A DNA stretch of 32,000 nt from contig NC_004460.2 in NCBI RefSeq assembly GCF_000039765.1, positions 630,001-662,000 on the forward strand. Direction: 5' to 3'. Each line of letters starts with the position of its first letter. The first letter of the stretch is position 1. The DNA is from Vibrio vulnificus CMCP6. Its GTDB lineage: Bacteria; Pseudomonadota; Gammaproteobacteria; Enterobacterales; Vibrionaceae. Under the pieces are notes generated by a model. That model had not been told where the DNA came from, did no database searches, and worked only from the letters and a program-made list of their open reading frames with translations. Below are positions 1-8,186 of this stretch, one piece after another. A program made the position numbers and the translations under genes.

Positions 1-382
1 GGTTGAGATCGTCGCTAGCGATGCCTTTCAGTTCGATAAAGCGGCTGAGTACCGCAGCACCGTTAAAGGCTTTCGCTCGCTCCCATGGGAGGCCTTTTGC
101 TTTGAGATAACTTTGTGTCTGTCGTTTGGTGAGATCTAAGCCGATGCCAACCCCCGCATACTGGCCGTTTTCAATCACAAAGCAGATCTCGGCTTCATAA
201 TGAAGCGGCTCTTGATGGAAAGAATGCAATGTGCTGGTGACTGCCGACGCCGGCTTGTGAAACAGCACCATTTGTTCGGGAATTGTGTTTTGCAGCTCTT
301 CAATATGCTCAACATAATTACGCCCAACGCAGAGCACTTTGCCCGGTTGCAAGGTTTTGTTTCTGAAGTGGATATGGCTCAT
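1..382 (-). CDS. Fumarylacetoacetate hydrolase family protein (5' part of gene; C-terminus outside the window)
   Basis: Reverse-strand translation MSHIHFRNKTLQPGKVLCVGRNYVEHIEELQNTIPEQMVLFHKPASAVTS...HYEAEICFVIENGQYAGVGIGLDLTKR matches the FAH fold pattern (CVGRNY..H, FxKP, HYEAE). This ORF is not in the supplied track because it is truncated. Confidence 0.85.
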   Translation of the reverse strand, partial: MSHIHFRNKTLQPGKVLCVGRNYVEHIEELQNTIPEQMVLFHKPASAVTSTLHSFHQEPLHYEAEICFVIENGQYAGVGIGLDLTKRQTQSYLKAKGLPWERAKAFNGAAVLSRFIELKGIASDDLN

Positions 383-484
383 TTCTCTTCCCTGAACAAA
401 CACAAAAACGCGATTCTAAACTAGCCACTGATAAAGTGCTCAGAATCCAATCACAGAATCATCCAAAATGAGAAGCTCGATCCA

Positions 485-946
485 TCAATTGAGCTTTTCG
501 AGCACTTTTTCGCACAAACTTTTCAATGTCACCAACTCGTCAATGCTGAGATCGATACGACAAAGCATGTTTTGCGGCACCTGTTGAGCTTGCTGTTTCA
601 GAGCTCTGCCTGCTTCCGTGAGAAACAGCTCTCTCACACGCTCGTCAGTTTGACCGCGGCGACGTTCAACAATGCCTTTTGCTTCTAAGCGCTTCAATAG
701 CGGGGTTAAGGTGCCAGAATCAAGATGAAGCTTGACGCCTAAATCTTTCACATTGATGCCGTTTTGCTGCCACAAGACCAACAACACCAGATATTGTGAG
801 TAGGTCAGATCCAACGCTTCAAGTAATGGTCGATAGGCACGGATCACTGCATTAGCCGCACTGTATAACGGGAAACATATTTGATTTTCCAGCAAAAGTT
901 GCGCTTCAGAATCCCCTTGGCAACGGATAGTTTGTTCAGACATCAC
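485..946 (-). CDS. ohrR: MarR-family transcriptional regulator, OhrR type
   Basis: 153 aa with N-terminal ENQICFPLYSAANAVIRAYRPLLEALDLTYSQYLVLLVLW, typical of OhrR including the reactive Cys; divergent from ohr. Confidence 0.9.
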   Translation of the reverse strand: MMSEQTIRCQGDSEAQLLLENQICFPLYSAANAVIRAYRPLLEALDLTYSQYLVLLVLWQQNGINVKDLGVKLHLDSGTLTPLLKRLEAKGIVERRRGQTDERVRELFLTEAGRALKQQAQQVPQNMLCRIDLSIDELVTLKSLCEKVLEKLN

Positions 947-963
947 TCACCTCACAAAATAAA

Positions 964-1032
964 TTGTGCACAATATACTTGCAAACAACAAAAGGATCGA
1001 TATAAGATTGCAAACAATTAGATTGCACACAA
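964..1032. promoter_or_regulatory. Putative OhrR operator region with paired TTGCAAACAA-like repeats
   Basis: TTGTGCACAA 964-973, TTGCAAACAA 979-988, TTGCAAACAA 1008-1017, TTGCACACAA 1023-1032 in the ohrR/ohr divergent intergenic region. Confidence 0.65.
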
Positions 1033-1057
1033 CTCAAATAACAAAGGAACATCGACC

Positions 1058-1480
1058 ATGAAAACACTTTACCAAACTTCCGCAACCGCTTCTGCTGGAC
1101 GAAACGGCCTTGTCAGTACTGACGACAAACTGCTGGAACTCAACCTAAGCTACCCGAAAGAAATGGGCGGAACAGGTGCTGCCACCAACCCAGAGCAGCT
1201 CTTCGCCGCAGGTTATGCCGCCTGTTTTTCTAATGCGATTTTGCATGTCGCCCGCGAAGGAAAAATAGCGATTAAACAAGCGCCTGTCACTGCGACGGTA
1301 GGCATTGGCCCGAATGAACAAGGCGGTTTTGCCCTAACGGTCTCACTGGCAGCAGAAATCGACCTGCCTGCGGATCAGGCGGTGAAATTAGTCGCCACGG
1401 CTCACCAAGTGTGTCCTTATTCTAATGCCGTTCGTGGCAATATTGACGTTCAGTTGTCAGTCAATGGCGTCGCAATTTAA
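1058..1480 (+). CDS. ohr: Organic hydroperoxide resistance protein (Ohr/OsmC family)
   Basis: 140 aa with NPEQLFAAGYAACFSNAI and the second Cys motif QVCPYSNAVRGNI. Confidence 0.95.
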   Translation: MKTLYQTSATASAGRNGLVSTDDKLLELNLSYPKEMGGTGAATNPEQLFAAGYAACFSNAILHVAREGKIAIKQAPVTATVGIGPNEQGGFALTVSLAAEIDLPADQAVKLVATAHQVCPYSNAVRGNIDVQLSVNGVAI

Positions 1481-1518
1481 GTAAGGCACGCACTGCGAAT
1501 CACGCTTCAACATATAAA

Positions 1519-1545
1519 AAAGCCAGCAGTGACACTGCTGGCTTT
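1519..1545. terminator. Bidirectional intrinsic terminator between ohr and the convergent porin
   Basis: AAAGCCAGCAG-TGACA-CTGCTGGCTTT, an 11-bp perfect stem flanked by A and T runs. Confidence 0.8.
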
Positions 1546-1586
1546 CCACATGAGTGGACAATTGGACGGCTAAAAAATGTTAGCGC

Positions 1587-2633
1587 TTATAGGTAGTAGC
1601 GAGCACCTAGCATCCATTTGTCGTCTGCTTTTTCTTTGTAGTCACCAGAACCTTGTAGGTCAAACTGGTAGCCAGCAAAACCAACGAACTTCGGCGTGAA
1701 GTTGTACTCAGCTTGAACCGCTGACGTGCTGTATACACGCTTGCTTAGCTCTTCATCAATCACAGATTCGTAGTTAACGCTTAGGTTGATGCCGTTGTTT
1801 AGCGTGTAAGCCGCTAGCGCTTCGTAAGCTGACGTGTCTTTCAGTAGGTTACCGTCGCCAGAGTTCATGTACTCATTCATTGCGTAAACGCCCGCTAGGT
1901 ATAAGCCCTTGCCGTATGAGCCGTAAGTGGCACTGATAACATGAGATTCAGACGTTTTCGTGCCTACACCACCACCGTAGTTCACGTCACCCGTGTTGTA
2001 CGCGTAGTTTGCAGTCACATTGGCAATGCTGTAGTTCAATGCGATTTGCGCACGGTTGCCGTAGTTATTTTTTATCGTGTTCGTTTCAGACAACTTTAAT
2101 TCGCCTGTTTTACGACCTTGCCAGCCAAGACCTAAGCCAATCTTGCCCGCTTCACCTAGTTCAAACGCCTTAGCGTAGCTGACCATCTCTTCTGCACGAC
2201 CGGTACCTAGGTTACCATGGTCTTGGTAGATGAAATCGTTCGCGAACGCGATTGGCATATCCGCCACGCCTGCAACGCTGTAGTAAGGTGCCCATTGAGT
2301 ACCAACAACACCGCGGCCAAGGCTTTCATGCGTCAGGCCAATGTAACCTAAGCGAGTAGAAAGTGCGTTTTCACCACCATCTAGGTAGTTGATAGACCAC
2401 TCACCTTTTGCATCAGCCGTAAAGCCATTGCCGAGATCTTGAGTCGCATTGAAGTTAATACGCGGAGAAACCGCTGTCACACCTAGGTCACCTTGCTTGG
2501 AGTCTTCCAACGCAACTGAAACGTGGCCGCCAATAGAGAAAGTCGTACCATCGTTGTTGTAAACTTCCACTGCAACTGCTTGAGTGCCGAATGTTGCGCT
2601 AGCAACAGCAAGAGCCAAAATGTTTTTGTTCAT
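1587..2633 (-). CDS. Gram-negative general porin (OmpU/OmpN-like)
   Basis: 348 aa, signal peptide MNKNILALAVASATFGTQAVA, then VEVYNNDGTTFSIGGHVSV and C-terminal DDKWMLGARYYL (terminal aromatic-hydrophobic porin signature). Confidence 0.88.
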   Translation of the reverse strand: MNKNILALAVASATFGTQAVAVEVYNNDGTTFSIGGHVSVALEDSKQGDLGVTAVSPRINFNATQDLGNGFTADAKGEWSINYLDGGENALSTRLGYIGLTHESLGRGVVGTQWAPYYSVAGVADMPIAFANDFIYQDHGNLGTGRAEEMVSYAKAFELGEAGKIGLGLGWQGRKTGELKLSETNTIKNNYGNRAQIALNYSIANVTANYAYNTGDVNYGGGVGTKTSESHVISATYGSYGKGLYLAGVYAMNEYMNSGDGNLLKDTSAYEALAAYTLNNGINLSVNYESVIDEELSKRVYSTSAVQAEYNFTPKFVGFAGYQFDLQGSGDYKEKADDKWMLGARYYL

Positions 2634-3099
2634 TTTTAAGTTCCATTAGTTATTACACATAACATGTATATTCCAACCAGGTAGAGAACCTTAGAATTCA
2701 GCTACTTCTGGTTAACATCTGGCGAGAACTTTATGCGATGGCACAACAAACCACCCAGTGAAATAATATAAATTGACCATAAAGATAATAAATCATTAAT
2801 TTTCAATTGTTTAAATTTAAAAACACAAAAACAAAATGAGTTATTTTGATGTTACAAATAGTTACACCCCATCAAAAGCAAACCGAGTAAACGATTGGCA
2901 AAATCAGAAAAACAACCGAAATGTTAATAATGATGTTACAAACAGAAATACTTTCTCCCTTCTTTAATGAAGAGAAATTGGAAAACGCCGGTCTTATACC
3001 CAAGTAACCTCGAGATGTAAGTTTCAGAGAGATTGAATCCATATCGTAAAGCGCACGCAATCCATGAGGCCCATGTAACAGCTCAATGAGAAACCCATT

Positions 3100-3591
3100 A
3101 TGAAAATCGTCAAAATCCTAAAAGAGTGGCTACCCGTGCTGGCGGTGGTATTGATTGTCTCCATCGCTCTTGATTTCTACTATTCGAGAAATCTGCCAAA
3201 AGACAACGCGCTCCCCCTTTCCGCCATGACAACACTTGGGACACAAGTTGACTTGCTGAGCGCCAGTCAAGGCTCCCCTGTGGTTGTCTATTTTTGGGCA
3301 ACCTGGTGTGGTCCTTGCAAACTCGTTAGTCCGACGATCAACCAGATCGCAGATTCCTACCCCGTTATCAGTGTGGCGATGCAGTCGGGAGACGAAGGAA
3401 GCGTTAATCAGTATTTGCAATCACAACAGTATGATTACGACACCATCAATGATCCAACTGGCAAAATTAGCCGTGATTGGGGGGTACAAGTCACCCCGAC
3501 CGTTGTGATTGTGCGTAATGGAAAAATTGAGTTTATTACCTCAGGCGTCAGTTCTCCGATTGGCCTATGGCTCAGATTATGGTTGAGCTAG
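3100..3591 (+). CDS. Membrane-anchored thioredoxin family protein (ScsD/TlpA-like)
   Basis: 163 aa with one N-terminal TM, FWATWCGPCKLVSPTI active site and cis-Pro VTPTVV. Confidence 0.85.
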   Translation: MKIVKILKEWLPVLAVVLIVSIALDFYYSRNLPKDNALPLSAMTTLGTQVDLLSASQGSPVVVYFWATWCGPCKLVSPTINQIADSYPVISVAMQSGDEGSVNQYLQSQQYDYDTINDPTGKISRDWGVQVTPTVVIVRNGKIEFITSGVSSPIGLWLRLWLS

Positions 3592-3743
3592 CTATTCTTT
3601 CGTCCTCATCATTCATTGAACTGCAATACAAGCACAACGAAAGCGTCATGAAATAGAAATCGTTTGTTCATTTTTAATCAGTACCTTAGCTGCATCAGGA
3701 ATCGGGCATGTAAGCCCATTGAATATAAAAAGGTAATTGAGAA

Positions 3744-4721
3744 ATGAAAAAGGCAGCTTTAGCAACCGCAATCCTATCCGCAGTGGTCACCGGGTCATCT
3801 TTCGCAGCAACCGTTTATAAAACAGACGGTACTGAGCTAAAAATTGGTGGGCGCGTTGAGTTCCGTGGTGATTTCATTGGTACCGACAAAGGTGTTGAGA
3901 TCGACGGCACCATGGAAGACAGCACTCGTGCGCGTCTTAACGTAAAAGGCACCACTGACCTTGGTAACGATCTACAAGCCTTTGGTTTTTACGAAGCTGA
4001 GCAGAAAACAGGCGAAAGCAGTTTCAAAAACCGTTACATGTACGCAGGTGTGAAGACAAACGCAGGTGCGTTTTCTGTTGGTAAGCAAGATATGGCTTCT
4101 GTCATCGTTTCAGACCTGACGGATATTACCGAGTTTTCTGGCGTGCAGCAGTTCATTGATGCGTCATCAGACAAAACAGACAGCACGTTTGCCTATCGCG
4201 GCAGCTTCGATGCTCTACAAATTGAAGCCACTTATTCAGCAAGCGACGCTGACAATAGCGACCTGATGGGCATCAGTGGCCTTTACTCTCTTCCTATCGG
4301 TCTGGATCTGGGTTTGGCTTACTCCACAGGTGATAACGGTGCTGGCAACGGTAGCCAAAACCAGATCCTTGTCGGTGCAGGCTATACCTTAAACGATCTT
4401 TATCTAGGTGCGACTTTCTCGACGGGTGATCTCGATGACAAAGCGAAACAAGAATTCACCGCCTACGAAATTGCGGTTCAGTACAAAATCAGCAAACCAT
4501 TTAGCGTTGCCGCGATGTACACTTTCGCCGAAGAAGACGATAACGGTACTAAATCGGACGCAACTAAAGGTCTCGAGTTGGTGGGTTACTACAAGCTAAA
4601 CAGCAACTTTCGCACTTACTTGTCTTACTACCTCAACAAGCTTGATGATGTAAAAGACGTAAACGGCAAAGTCACTTCTGGGGAAGACACACTTCGACTT
4701 GGCGTACGCTACGATTTCTAA
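3744..4721 (+). CDS. Gram-negative general porin (OmpU-like)
   Basis: 325 aa, signal peptide MKKAALATAILSAVVTGSSFA, ATVYKTDGTELKIGGRVEF, C-terminus TLRLGVRYDF. Confidence 0.9.
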   Translation: MKKAALATAILSAVVTGSSFAATVYKTDGTELKIGGRVEFRGDFIGTDKGVEIDGTMEDSTRARLNVKGTTDLGNDLQAFGFYEAEQKTGESSFKNRYMYAGVKTNAGAFSVGKQDMASVIVSDLTDITEFSGVQQFIDASSDKTDSTFAYRGSFDALQIEATYSASDADNSDLMGISGLYSLPIGLDLGLAYSTGDNGAGNGSQNQILVGAGYTLNDLYLGATFSTGDLDDKAKQEFTAYEIAVQYKISKPFSVAAMYTFAEEDDNGTKSDATKGLELVGYYKLNSNFRTYLSYYLNKLDDVKDVNGKVTSGEDTLRLGVRYDF

Positions 4722-4746
4722 ATGCTTGTTTTCATCGAGCCTTTTC

Positions 4747-4775
4747 AAGCCGGTATCCCTACCGGCTTTTTTTCT
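4747..4775 (+). terminator. Rho-independent terminator of the porin gene
   Basis: AAGCCGGTA-TCCC-TACCGGCTT followed by a T run. Confidence 0.85.
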
Positions 4776-4785
4776 TCCCTAGACT

Positions 4786-4913
4786 TATACCCTTCCTACT
4801 TGAAGCTGCAGCGGTGTTGGCTGCATTCGTTCACCCCAATCACATAGCGTATCTATGCTCATGGGGATTCACTCATTTGCCGCCTACCTGCAACTTCAAG
4901 TTGTTTGGGTATA
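4786..4913. repeat. ERIC/IRU-type intergenic palindromic element
   Basis: About 128 bp with TATACCC/GGGTATA ends, CGTTCACCCCAATCAC and ATGCTCATGGGGATTCACTCATTTGCCGCCTACCTGCAACTTCAAG, resembling the ERIC consensus recalled from the ERIC1R/ERIC2 primer sequences. Confidence 0.85.
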
Positions 4914-5130
4914 TCTTGTGTGAATCGACTCGAATTAATTTGTAATTGTGAAGTTAATTATATTTATCGCGATAATAACAGTGCTAGTTTAGAGGTGATT
5001 TTCATTTTGTTTTATATACTTAATGGAAATCTATCAATCATCTTGTCTGAGCGCCGACCAGATAGAGATAAAAGCGTTTTGATATAGCACAACAAAACAC
5101 CATACTATATAATCCAAACCGAGGATATTT

Positions 5131-6906
5131 ATGGTAGATGGCAGAAGTAAAATCGTGGCAAACTCGAAAGTAGTATTGATATTAAAGGCCGCCTATATTG
5201 TGGCGGTATTGTTGATCACGCAAACCTTGGTGAACGAACACACCCTATTGCCTTGGTCTTACGTGTTGTTTGCCATTACCATGATTGTGGCGCTCTTTTC
5301 TCCATCCCACAAAATCAAATATGTGTGCGCTTTGATCGCCACGAGTTACCTTTTTGTCGGCGGCATCGTCGATCCTCTCGATATTGACGTCATTGAAGAG
5401 ACATTTATTCTCCTCCCGCTTTGCTATCTTTTATTGTTCCCCGGAACCATTTGGGCATTTGTCGTCGCCTTATTATTGACGGCAAGCTATTTTTATACGG
5501 TTCCACCAGAGGGCTTGGATGAGCTCATTGAAGATGCCATTGAATTGTTGGTGATTTCCACCTTCGCGTCCATCATGGTCTACTATCAGCAGAAGTTTTA
5601 CCTGCAATTAACCAAATACCGAGAAGACAGCCGAACGGATTACTTGACGCAACTGCCAAACCGCCGAGCCTTTTACTCGGATCTGAATCAGGTCGAAAGT
5701 TTGGCTCAGCAAGGGCGAAACTGTGCGCTCCTCAAAATAGATATTGATGCCTTTAAAGAGATCAACGAGAGCTTTGGCCACGAACAAGCGGATCTCCTGT
5801 TAAAACGCTTTTCTCGTCGTTTGCGAAAAAACACCCTTGGCTTTGGCCAAGTCTATCGTATGGAAGGGGACGAATTCGCTGTGCTGGTGTACGAGAAACA
5901 CAGCATTAATGATGAAGTCGATGCGCTGCTCGATAAACTCAAAAGAGCACTTACAGCAGCGTTTGAACTGGAACGAGGCTCTTATCAAATCTCCTACGCG
6001 ACCGGTATTGCTCTGTTTAATGAGTCCATGACTAACCTCGATATATGGCTAAGAAACAGCGACATTGCGGCGCAAAAAGCCAAGACACGTGGCCGCGGCC
6101 AAGTCCGTTGGTACGACGAAGCCCTATTGGACGAAACCATCCGTCAACACCAGATTGAACGAGAGCTCGACAAAGCCATTGAACTGAAACAGTTTTCCTT
6201 GGTTTATCAGCCAAAAGTATCCATCACAACAGGAGAAATTACCGGCGCTGAAGCGTTAATTCGCTGGCAACATCCAGAACTAGGCACCATAACACCTTTT
6301 GAATTCATCACCATTGCCGAGAAAACCAAGCAGATCATTCCAATTGGTCGCTGGGTGATTCTCGAGGCGTGTCAACAAGCCAAGAAATGGTTGGATTTGG
6401 GCTACAAGATCCCTGTCTCGGTCAATGTCTCAACCGTACAATTTGCTCATGACGATATCGAACTGCAAGTCAGAACCGCTCTGGCGGAGTCTCACCTTCC
6501 CGCCAGTTATCTGCAACTGGAGATCACCGAAACGGTACTAATGAAGGAGCCGAAGAAGCTCATCGAGATTTGTCATAATTTGCGGTGTGAAGGAGTCACC
6601 GTTGCAATCGATGATTTTGGCATCGCCTACTCCTCGTTGAACTATCTCAAACAACTGCCCATTGACGTGTTGAAAATCGACAAAGCCTTCATTGATGATT
6701 GTGTCGACAATCACCACGATCACATGCTGGTCAGAACCATTGTTCAACTTGGCCACAACATGGACAAAAAAGTCATCGCAGAAGGCGTGGAAACCGAAGA
6801 GCAGCGCTTATTGCTTGTCAGCGAGCAATGCGATGAGTTCCAAGGTTATCTCTACTCCAAACCCCTTGATGTGGAAGAGTTTAACCGCCAGTTACTGCAA
6901 ATTTAG
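5131..6906 (+). CDS. Membrane GGDEF-EAL domain protein (c-di-GMP turnover)
   Basis: 591 aa with several N-terminal TM segments, a GGDEF domain with EGDEF signature, and an EAL domain with GAEALIRW, NVS, ITETVL, DDFG, KIDKAF, AEGVET. Confidence 0.93.
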   Translation: MVDGRSKIVANSKVVLILKAAYIVAVLLITQTLVNEHTLLPWSYVLFAITMIVALFSPSHKIKYVCALIATSYLFVGGIVDPLDIDVIEETFILLPLCYLLLFPGTIWAFVVALLLTASYFYTVPPEGLDELIEDAIELLVISTFASIMVYYQQKFYLQLTKYREDSRTDYLTQLPNRRAFYSDLNQVESLAQQGRNCALLKIDIDAFKEINESFGHEQADLLLKRFSRRLRKNTLGFGQVYRMEGDEFAVLVYEKHSINDEVDALLDKLKRALTAAFELERGSYQISYATGIALFNESMTNLDIWLRNSDIAAQKAKTRGRGQVRWYDEALLDETIRQHQIERELDKAIELKQFSLVYQPKVSITTGEITGAEALIRWQHPELGTITPFEFITIAEKTKQIIPIGRWVILEACQQAKKWLDLGYKIPVSVNVSTVQFAHDDIELQVRTALAESHLPASYLQLEITETVLMKEPKKLIEICHNLRCEGVTVAIDDFGIAYSSLNYLKQLPIDVLKIDKAFIDDCVDNHHDHMLVRTIVQLGHNMDKKVIAEGVETEEQRLLLVSEQCDEFQGYLYSKPLDVEEFNRQLLQI

Positions 6907-6916
6907 CTTTCCCTTT

Positions 6917-6956
6917 CACCATGTTTCCTTTTGCACCATGTTTCCTTTGCACCATG
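6917..6956. promoter_or_regulatory. Candidate enhancer-binding site: three CACCATG repeats
   Basis: CACCATG at 6917-6923, 6934-6940 and 6950-6956 (17- and 16-nt spacing), 5' contexts TTTCACCATG, TTTTGCACCATG, CTTTGCACCATG. Confidence 0.45.
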
Positions 6957-7036
6957 ATTGTCGCCTTTTGAATGGTTATGGTGCGGCTTTGGGATACTCA
7001 AAAATCCAAAACTAACAAAATCAACAACTTAAAAAC

Positions 7037-7052
7037 TGGCACAGCTTCTGCA
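7037..7052 (+). promoter_or_regulatory. Putative sigma-54 (RpoN) promoter -24/-12 element
   Basis: TGGCACAGCTTCTGCA compared with the established TGGCAC-N5-TTGCA consensus; GG and GC separated by exactly 10 nt. Confidence 0.75.
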
Positions 7053-7062
7053 ATGATAGATG

Positions 7063-7163
7063 TACAAATGCATGGCAGCGTTTGTGCTTCTCGTTCTTAT
7101 CCTCCTCACCGAGGTACGTCCTTTAATCCGCATTTGCGCCCCTGAATTCAGGGGCTTCTTTTT
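7063..7163 (+). ncRNA. Candidate sigma-54-dependent small RNA
   Basis: Predicted start about 12 nt after the -12 element; 5' hairpin ACAAATGC-ATGGCA-GCGTTTGT (7064-7085), CU-rich single-stranded stretch with TCCTCCT (7100-7106), then a terminator. Confidence 0.65.
7138..7163 (+). terminator. Rho-independent terminator upstream of the EamA gene
   Basis: GCCCCTGAATTCAGGGGC (7138-7155) followed by TTCTTTTTA. Confidence 0.7.
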
Positions 7164-7243
7164 ACCCCGTTCGCCGCAAAACATTTGGCTTCGCCATGCA
7201 GAAAACGTATGATTCTCGGACTTTTTTGTGAATTCGATTATCT

Positions 7244-8122
7244 ATGCAATCTCAACACCACCCAATTCTTGGCGCGTCGTGGATGCTGACCGCTGGTTTA
7301 GCTTTCGCTATCGTCAACAGCCTGGCGCAAGTTGCCAGCATTCAATTTGCCATTCCGTCAACCACTGTTGCGCTGATTCAATATGGCATCGCTTTAATTG
7401 TGATTTTGCCGTACTTAAAAACGCTGGGCATTCGCCAATCGCTGCGCACCTCTCATTTTGGCTGGCATGCACTGCGAGTCTTTTTGTCGGTTATCGGTAT
7501 CCAGCTTTGGCTTTGGGCACTCGCTTATCCGGTGCCGATTTGGCAAGGCATCGCGCTATTAATGACTTCCCCACTCTTTGCGACGATCGGCTCAGGGCTG
7601 CTTCTGAAAGAGAAAGTGGGTGTGGCACGCTGGGGCGCGACGCTGTTCGGTTTCATTGGTGCGATGATCATTCTTGAGCCTTGGGCGGATGATTTTCATC
7701 TTGCGACCTTACTGCCTGTCGGCGCTGCCTTCTTTTGGGCATGTTATTCACTGATGGTTAAAAAGCTCTCGGTCAACGATCCACCCTCCACCATGGTGGT
7801 TTATCTGCTGCTGTTGATTACGCCATTCAACATCATGCTGGCGATTCCTGATTTCACAATGCCGAGCAGTACGACCATTTGGCTGATCCTTTTTGCCGCG
7901 GGCTGCATGACTGCACTGGCACAATGGGCCATCGTCAAAGCTTATGCCAGTGCCGATGCCTCCTTTGTTCAGCCTTTTGATCACGCTAAACTGCCATTGA
8001 ACGTACTTGCAGGTTGGCTTGTATTTGGTTGGGTGCCACCGGGCAGACTTTGGCTTGGTGCCTTCATCATTATTGCTTCTGTCGCCTTTATTACTCATTG
8101 GGAAACCAAAAAAACAAAATAG
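7244..8122 (+). CDS. DMT/EamA family transporter
   Basis: 292 aa, about 10 hydrophobic segments in two EamA-like halves (WMLTAGLAFAIVNSLAQ..., VGAAFFWACYSLMVKKLS...). Confidence 0.85.
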   Translation: MQSQHHPILGASWMLTAGLAFAIVNSLAQVASIQFAIPSTTVALIQYGIALIVILPYLKTLGIRQSLRTSHFGWHALRVFLSVIGIQLWLWALAYPVPIWQGIALLMTSPLFATIGSGLLLKEKVGVARWGATLFGFIGAMIILEPWADDFHLATLLPVGAAFFWACYSLMVKKLSVNDPPSTMVVYLLLLITPFNIMLAIPDFTMPSSTTIWLILFAAGCMTALAQWAIVKAYASADASFVQPFDHAKLPLNVLAGWLVFGWVPPGRLWLGAFIIIASVAFITHWETKKTK

Positions 8123-8186
8123 CGTGAAAGGAAAACATCGCCAGTGCGTTCTACTACACTAATAGAGCGATTTTGAGGAATATTTA

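Noticed and set aside
2872-3060. 62-aa minus-strand track ORF upstream of the thioredoxin gene
   Set aside because: It overlaps the ERIC-like end fragment, has no good ribosome-binding site and no recognisable sequence features.
7051-7144. Short ORF MIDVQMHGSVCASRSYPPHRGTSFNPHLRP as an attenuation leader peptide
   Set aside because: No run of a regulatory amino acid, no ribosome-binding site, and its ATG would lie before the predicted transcript start; the sRNA reading explains the region better.
7063-7163. The candidate sRNA as a Qrr quorum-sensing RNA
   Set aside because: The promoter type and layout fit, but the conserved Qrr pairing core I recall (about GGGTCACCTAGCCAACTGACGTTGTTAGTG) is absent and no clean TTGCAnnnTGCAA LuxO site is seen.
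7228-7677. 149-aa plus-strand track ORF overlapping the EamA gene
   Set aside because: It is in an alternative frame fully inside the convincing transporter ORF and shows no family features.
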